NCBI GenBank assembly: GCA_043814095.1
Contig: JBDRKI010000102.1
Location: 32,001-96,000 of the forward strand
DNA: 64,000 nt
Direction: 5' to 3'
Source of the DNA: Armatimonadota bacterium
GTDB lineage: Bacteria; Vulcanimicrobiota; JACPDS01; JBDRKI01
In this document: piece after piece, positions 60,189 through 64,000 of the stretch
Numbering within the stretch: position 1 is the first letter of the stretch
Layout: every line of letters starts with the position of its first letter
Notes under the pieces: model-generated
Told to the model about the DNA's origin: nothing
Databases searched by the model: none
Seen by the model: only the letters and a program-made list of their open reading frames with translations
Program-made: the position numbers and the translations under genes

Positions 60189-60797
60189 TTAGATGGCCGG
60201 TTTTTCCGTCAACCTGCTGTTAATTTTTTTACCGTATTCATTTTCAAGTTTGCTTAAAATATCTTTTGCTTCGGATTTTTCTAAATCTGTTATTATCAAC
60301 GCATGGTAATCAGAGGGTATACTTTTGTAATATTTTTCCGCCTCAAACCTGACGGAGGTTTTTTTGTATACTTCAGCGGCCAACGCGATCGCCTTGCTTT
60401 TATCCGTATATACAGAACCTACATATATTTTAAATTTGTTTAGTTTCGGAATATCCTCTTCTTTAACAGAGTAACCTTTTTGTTTTAAAAGAACTTTTAT
60501 GCTTTCAAAAGCGTCATTTTTAGGAAAATCTTGAGCCACAACATAACCCGTAAGTTTCTTTTTATAATCCTTATAGGGGTGTTTATAGGAAGAATTGATG
60601 CCTGATTTATCAAGCAGACTTTTTACCGCGTCTGCTTCCTGTCCTGAATCAAACATCAAGGCAAGAGTCCAGCGCTTTTGCTGGAAGAGCTCTCTTTTTG
60701 TTATCTCTTTCTCTGCCGCCCAGTAAAAATAAGCGTTTAATAAAAGGACAATGAAAACAACGGCTATTAATATTCTTCTTAGAATTTTAATGGACAA
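60189..60797 (-). CDS. Membrane-anchored hypothetical protein, possibly SPOR-like
   Basis: N-terminal TM; FKIYVG..Y.DKSKA..LA pattern resembles a SPOR repeat. Confidence 0.6.
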   Translation of the reverse strand: MSIKILRRILIAVVFIVLLLNAYFYWAAEKEITKRELFQQKRWTLALMFDSGQEADAVKSLLDKSGINSSYKHPYKDYKKKLTGYVVAQDFPKNDAFESIKVLLKQKGYSVKEEDIPKLNKFKIYVGSVYTDKSKAIALAAEVYKKTSVRFEAEKYYKSIPSDYHALIITDLEKSEAKDILSKLENEYGKKINSRLTEKPAI

Positions 60798-60872
60798 GGT
60801 GTATTCTCCATAAGTGAGTTTGTAAAAGTAAAATCATTCTAACTAAATTCTTAATTCCTGTCAATATTTCAT

Positions 60873-60897
60873 ATTCCTTACTTTTTAAAAATTCCCT
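60873..60897 (-). promoter_or_regulatory. Sigma-H-like promoter (second AGGA-N16-GAAT copy at 60836-60859)
   Basis: Minus strand AGGG-N17-GAAT. Confidence 0.5.
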
Positions 60898-60924
60898 TTT
60901 TATTTTTGCATTAATTTATCTTAA

Positions 60925-62307
60925 TCAGATATTCAGATATTTATAGATTTCAATTAATAATCCCGTCAAAACCAGCAGTATATATAATACGGAAGTTGCA
61001 AGAAGTCCCGTGTTTCTGTAAATAATTCTGTTTTTGAACAATACTTTGTCAGCTTCAAATACAGGGGCATACTTCCACTTCACCCACCCGCTTATACTGA
61101 CAATTTTAAAATCATTCTCCTTAAGGAAAGCTTTAATTTTGCTTCTTAAAATATAATTGCGGAAGTCTATCTTAAGGTAAATCCTGCCTTCATTATTAAC
61201 AGCTTCTGTATTTTCATAAACCTTAACTTTTATCAATTTATACGTGTTCATACACAGCAGGAATATTCCTGTAAGAGCAAGCGGTATGCCCATATATATT
61301 ACCTTAAGGATAATAAGGACGGCTATTGCCGCAAAAAATAGAATAAGCAGTAAAGTAAATAAGTTTCTTCTTTTATTTGAACTTTCATCATAGATTCTTT
61401 CCGATATAAGGGGTTGTAAAAGCATCCCGGCGTAACTGCTTACTTTTTTCTCTTCTTTTTCAAAAGCTACTGTCTTTTTCAGGATATCAAGAGCTTCGTT
61501 CTCGGGAAGAGATAAAATATCAAACCTGCCTGTCAGAAATACGGACAGATCAATTATTTTATTCAGGTACCTATTGTCCGTTATAATAAAAGCGGTAAGA
61601 CAGCTGAGATAAAATTCATTATCAATATTATGCCGGACAGCTTTGTAATAAAGGTAAATTTGCTTCAAATATATATATTCCCGTCTTTTTCGGGGAATAT
61701 CCCTGTCTGAATAATACTGGCTGTTAAATATAAAGAATTTAAAAGGTATGAAGAACATGTATGCCAGTATATTAAGAAGGTTAAGCACTGTGAAAGCGTT
61801 TGAGTAAGGATTAAGAAAAAGCACTGTTTTCTTGAAAATTTTATAATAAATAGAGTATAAAAGTACGGGTATAAAGGATATAAGTGTGGTAGTTTTAAAA
61901 GAACCTGAATTTATATTATACAGCTGGGCTTCAAAAAGAAAAGATATGTCCTTTTTGTCAAAAGCTTTCAGGAGAATGTCGGATATTACAACAACGGGTT
62001 TTTTAAAACCTATGGTAAAGATAACCGGTATATCTATCTCTGCTATTGCAAAGCTTATATCATGTTTTTTATCAAAATTAAAATTAAGATACCCGCTGTC
62101 TATATTCTTTAATCTCAATACCCTGTAAATCAATTTTTCACTGAAAAGAAAAATTAATACAACCGGCAATAAGGATAAAACAGCAATTATTACATTCTTT
62201 GTAACAGGATTAATCTGTGGGAATAATAAAAACAAAAGACTGAAGAATAGATAAAAGAATACCAGGTAGATGAATGAGGTATAGAATATATGATATTTAA
62301 ACTTCAT
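60925..62307 (-). CDS. Membrane protein, degenerate M48/HtpX-like peptidase homologue lacking HExxH
   Basis: PVIFTIG...VVVISDILLKAFDKKDISFLFEAQLYNI follows the PNAFxxG...LL..L...E...V.AHELGHI pattern; YYSD and QPLISERI sit where EYxAD and HPxxxxRI are expected. Confidence 0.6.
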   Translation of the reverse strand: MKFKYHIFYTSFIYLVFFYLFFSLLFLLFPQINPVTKNVIIAVLSLLPVVLIFLFSEKLIYRVLRLKNIDSGYLNFNFDKKHDISFAIAEIDIPVIFTIGFKKPVVVISDILLKAFDKKDISFLFEAQLYNINSGSFKTTTLISFIPVLLYSIYYKIFKKTVLFLNPYSNAFTVLNLLNILAYMFFIPFKFFIFNSQYYSDRDIPRKRREYIYLKQIYLYYKAVRHNIDNEFYLSCLTAFIITDNRYLNKIIDLSVFLTGRFDILSLPENEALDILKKTVAFEKEEKKVSSYAGMLLQPLISERIYDESSNKRRNLFTLLLILFFAAIAVLIILKVIYMGIPLALTGIFLLCMNTYKLIKVKVYENTEAVNNEGRIYLKIDFRNYILRSKIKAFLKENDFKIVSISGWVKWKYAPVFEADKVLFKNRIIYRNTGLLATSVLYILLVLTGLLIEIYKYLNI

Positions 62308-62873
62308 GATTTTTTCCCGCTTACAAATGGGTTTCCTTTTATATAATACCTGTAAAGAAGTTCTGTCCCTTCTTTTATGCCTATCCTTGAGCTTTTTGCT
62401 GTATTTTTCACCTTTAACCCTGTATCTTTTATATACAAACCGCCCTTAAGAAGCGTTATCCCGTTATGCTTTTTATTTATGCCCAGGGCTTGAGTAAGTT
62501 TCCCGGGGCCGTTGGTTAAATTTTTTATATCATTAATTTTTCTTCTCTTTATCATTAAACCGGTATTAAGAGACGGTTCTACAGCCCGTATTAATACAGC
62601 ACCCGCGATATTATCTTTATGAGCCACAACATTAAAACAGTAATGGTTGCCGTATATGAAATAAACATATGATACCCCGGAAGAGCCGAACATTACAGAG
62701 TTCCTCGGGGTCTTTTTCCTTGCCGCGTGTGAAGCGGGATCGTTTTCTCCCATATAGCTCTCTGTCTCAACGATTATGCCTGCGGTTGATTCATTAACCA
62801 GCAGTTTGCCTAAAAGTTCACGTCCTACTATTCTTGTATCCCTGTTGTAAAATTCATAAGGTAAAACACACAT
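62304..62873 (-). CDS. DNA-3-methyladenine glycosylase (MPG/AAG family)
   Basis: LLGK.L, IVETESY.G..DPASHA, YVYFIYG.HYCFNVV, AVLIRA, TNGPGKL.QAL.I, RIGI. Confidence 0.93.
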   Translation of the reverse strand: MCVLPYEFYNRDTRIVGRELLGKLLVNESTAGIIVETESYMGENDPASHAARKKTPRNSVMFGSSGVSYVYFIYGNHYCFNVVAHKDNIAGAVLIRAVEPSLNTGLMIKRRKINDIKNLTNGPGKLTQALGINKKHNGITLLKGGLYIKDTGLKVKNTAKSSRIGIKEGTELLYRYYIKGNPFVSGKKS

Positions 62874-62878
62874 AAGAT

Positions 62879-64000
62879 TTATCTCTTAATCCAGTTTATC
62901 AAATCAGAGCAGCTCTTTGTATTTATGATATCTTTTGCGGTAAGCCACCCGCGCCTTGCTACATTCACTCCGTATTCCATAAATTCAAGCTGGTTTACAT
63001 GATGGCTGTCGGTATCTATTGAGAATACACACCCGAACTCCTTTGCTCTTTTACAGTAAATATCACGCAGATCCAGCCTGTCGGGGAAAGAATTTATTTC
63101 AAGCGCCGTATTATATTCCGCCGCGGACTTAAAGATTTCATCCCATTCAAGTTCTATCTCAGGCCTTGAACCCCATAACCGGCATGAAGGATGAGCTATA
63201 ATATTTACATAAGGATTTTTAATGGCTTTAACAATCCTTTTTGTCATCTCTTCCCTGGGAAGTTTAAAATGTGAATGTACGGAAGCTATTACTATATCCA
63301 GTTTTTTTAAAACAGAGTCCGGATAATCAAGAGATCCGTCTTTAAGGATATCTGTTTCCGCGCCTGCAAGAATTTTAATTTTACTGTCAGCTTTATTAAA
63401 CTTTTCTATCTCCAGGATCTGTTTTTCCAGATCTTTTATACTCATGCCCTTAGCTATCTTTAAGCTTTTAGAGTGATTTGTAACGGCAATATATTTATAA
63501 CCTAATTTAGACGCGGCTTTTGCTATCTCGGGTATTGTGTTCACTCCGTCAGAACCCGTTGAATGTATATGAAGGTCTCCTTTTATGTCCTTTCTTTCAA
63601 CAAGCTCGGGAAGCTTCCCTGAAAGGGCAATATCTATCTCTTCACCTGTCTGCCTTATTTCAGGAGGTATAAGGGGAAGACCAAATACTTTATATACATC
63701 TTCTTCCGCCTTACCGGCAACTTTTTTGCCGTCCTTAAGCCGGAAGACACCGTATTCGTTAACTTTGAATCCTTCTTTCTCAGCTAAGTGCCTCAACCTT
63801 ATATTATGCTGTTTGGAGCCGGTAAAATACTGCAATGCCGCACCGTAGCAGTCTTTATCAACAACCCTTAAATCTACCTGGAGCCCGTCTAAATTTATAA
63901 CTGAGGATTTTGTATCGCCTTTAGCCAGTATCTCTCTTGTAAAAGGCGCTTTTGTGAATATATCCATAACCCTTAAAGCTTCTTTTTTGTTTTCCGACCC
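62879..64000 (-). CDS. polX: DNA polymerase X / PHP 3'-5' exonuclease PolX (5' part outside the window)
   Basis: QVDLRVV, GAALQYFTGSK.HN, NEYG; PHP motifs DLHIHS..SDG, HP, LEINS..DRLDL, DTDSH; frame open to the window edge. Confidence 0.92.
   Translation of the reverse strand, partial: GSENKKEALRVMDIFTKAPFTREILAKGDTKSSVINLDGLQVDLRVVDKDCYGAALQYFTGSKQHNIRLRHLAEKEGFKVNEYGVFRLKDGKKVAGKAEEDVYKVFGLPLIPPEIRQTGEEIDIALSGKLPELVERKDIKGDLHIHSTGSDGVNTIPEIAKAASKLGYKYIAVTNHSKSLKIAKGMSIKDLEKQILEIEKFNKADSKIKILAGAETDILKDGSLDYPDSVLKKLDIVIASVHSHFKLPREEMTKRIVKAIKNPYVNIIAHPSCRLWGSRPEIELEWDEIFKSAAEYNTALEINSFPDRLDLRDIYCKRAKEFGCVFSIDTDSHHVNQLEFMEYGVNVARRGWLTAKDIINTKSCSDLINWIKR

Overview
A 64-kb, AT-rich bacterial chromosomal segment that is densely coding and mostly housekeeping. 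Core genes: tandem ctpA, envC-like M23, ftsEX, csaB; pcrA-ligA; rlmD; a xerC/D-type recombinase; fabF-rnc; yebC-ruvCAB; asnS; gdh; rimO-scpB and scpA; a CBS/DHH tRNA nucleotidyltransferase; malic enzyme; an ArnT-like glycosyltransferase; an FHA-rodA-pbpA-pknB-PASTA cluster; galT; rpsT; hutI; a P1B ATPase; tRNA-Thr(CGT); two trkA; rho; transaldolase; mpg; and a partial polX. There are two clear type II toxin-antitoxin pairs and one small-protein/nucleotidyltransferase pair. No rRNA, CRISPR array or transposase was seen. The gene mix (csaB, scpAB, PASTA kinase, sigma-H-like promoters, DUF1844) suggests a Terrabacteria lineage, possibly a poorly studied phylum; this is inference only. Best candidates for something new: (1) a tightly coupled three-gene module of an Hsp100/Clp ATPase lacking both the middle domain and the ClpP-binding loop, a stand-alone FHA protein and a TPR-rich pseudokinase; (2) a ~1-kb non-coding region upstream of the xer gene with paired DnaA boxes and a duplicated composite repeat/hairpin unit; (3) a pseudo-histidine kinase whose stop codon lies in the anticodon loop of tRNA-Thr; (4) a recurrent AGG(A/G)-N17-GAAT sigma-H-like promoter ahead of many housekeeping genes; (5) 11-bp-phased TTAACA boxes ahead of orphan genes; (6) several catalytically degenerate enzyme homologues. 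All family calls come from motif recognition by eye, not database searches.
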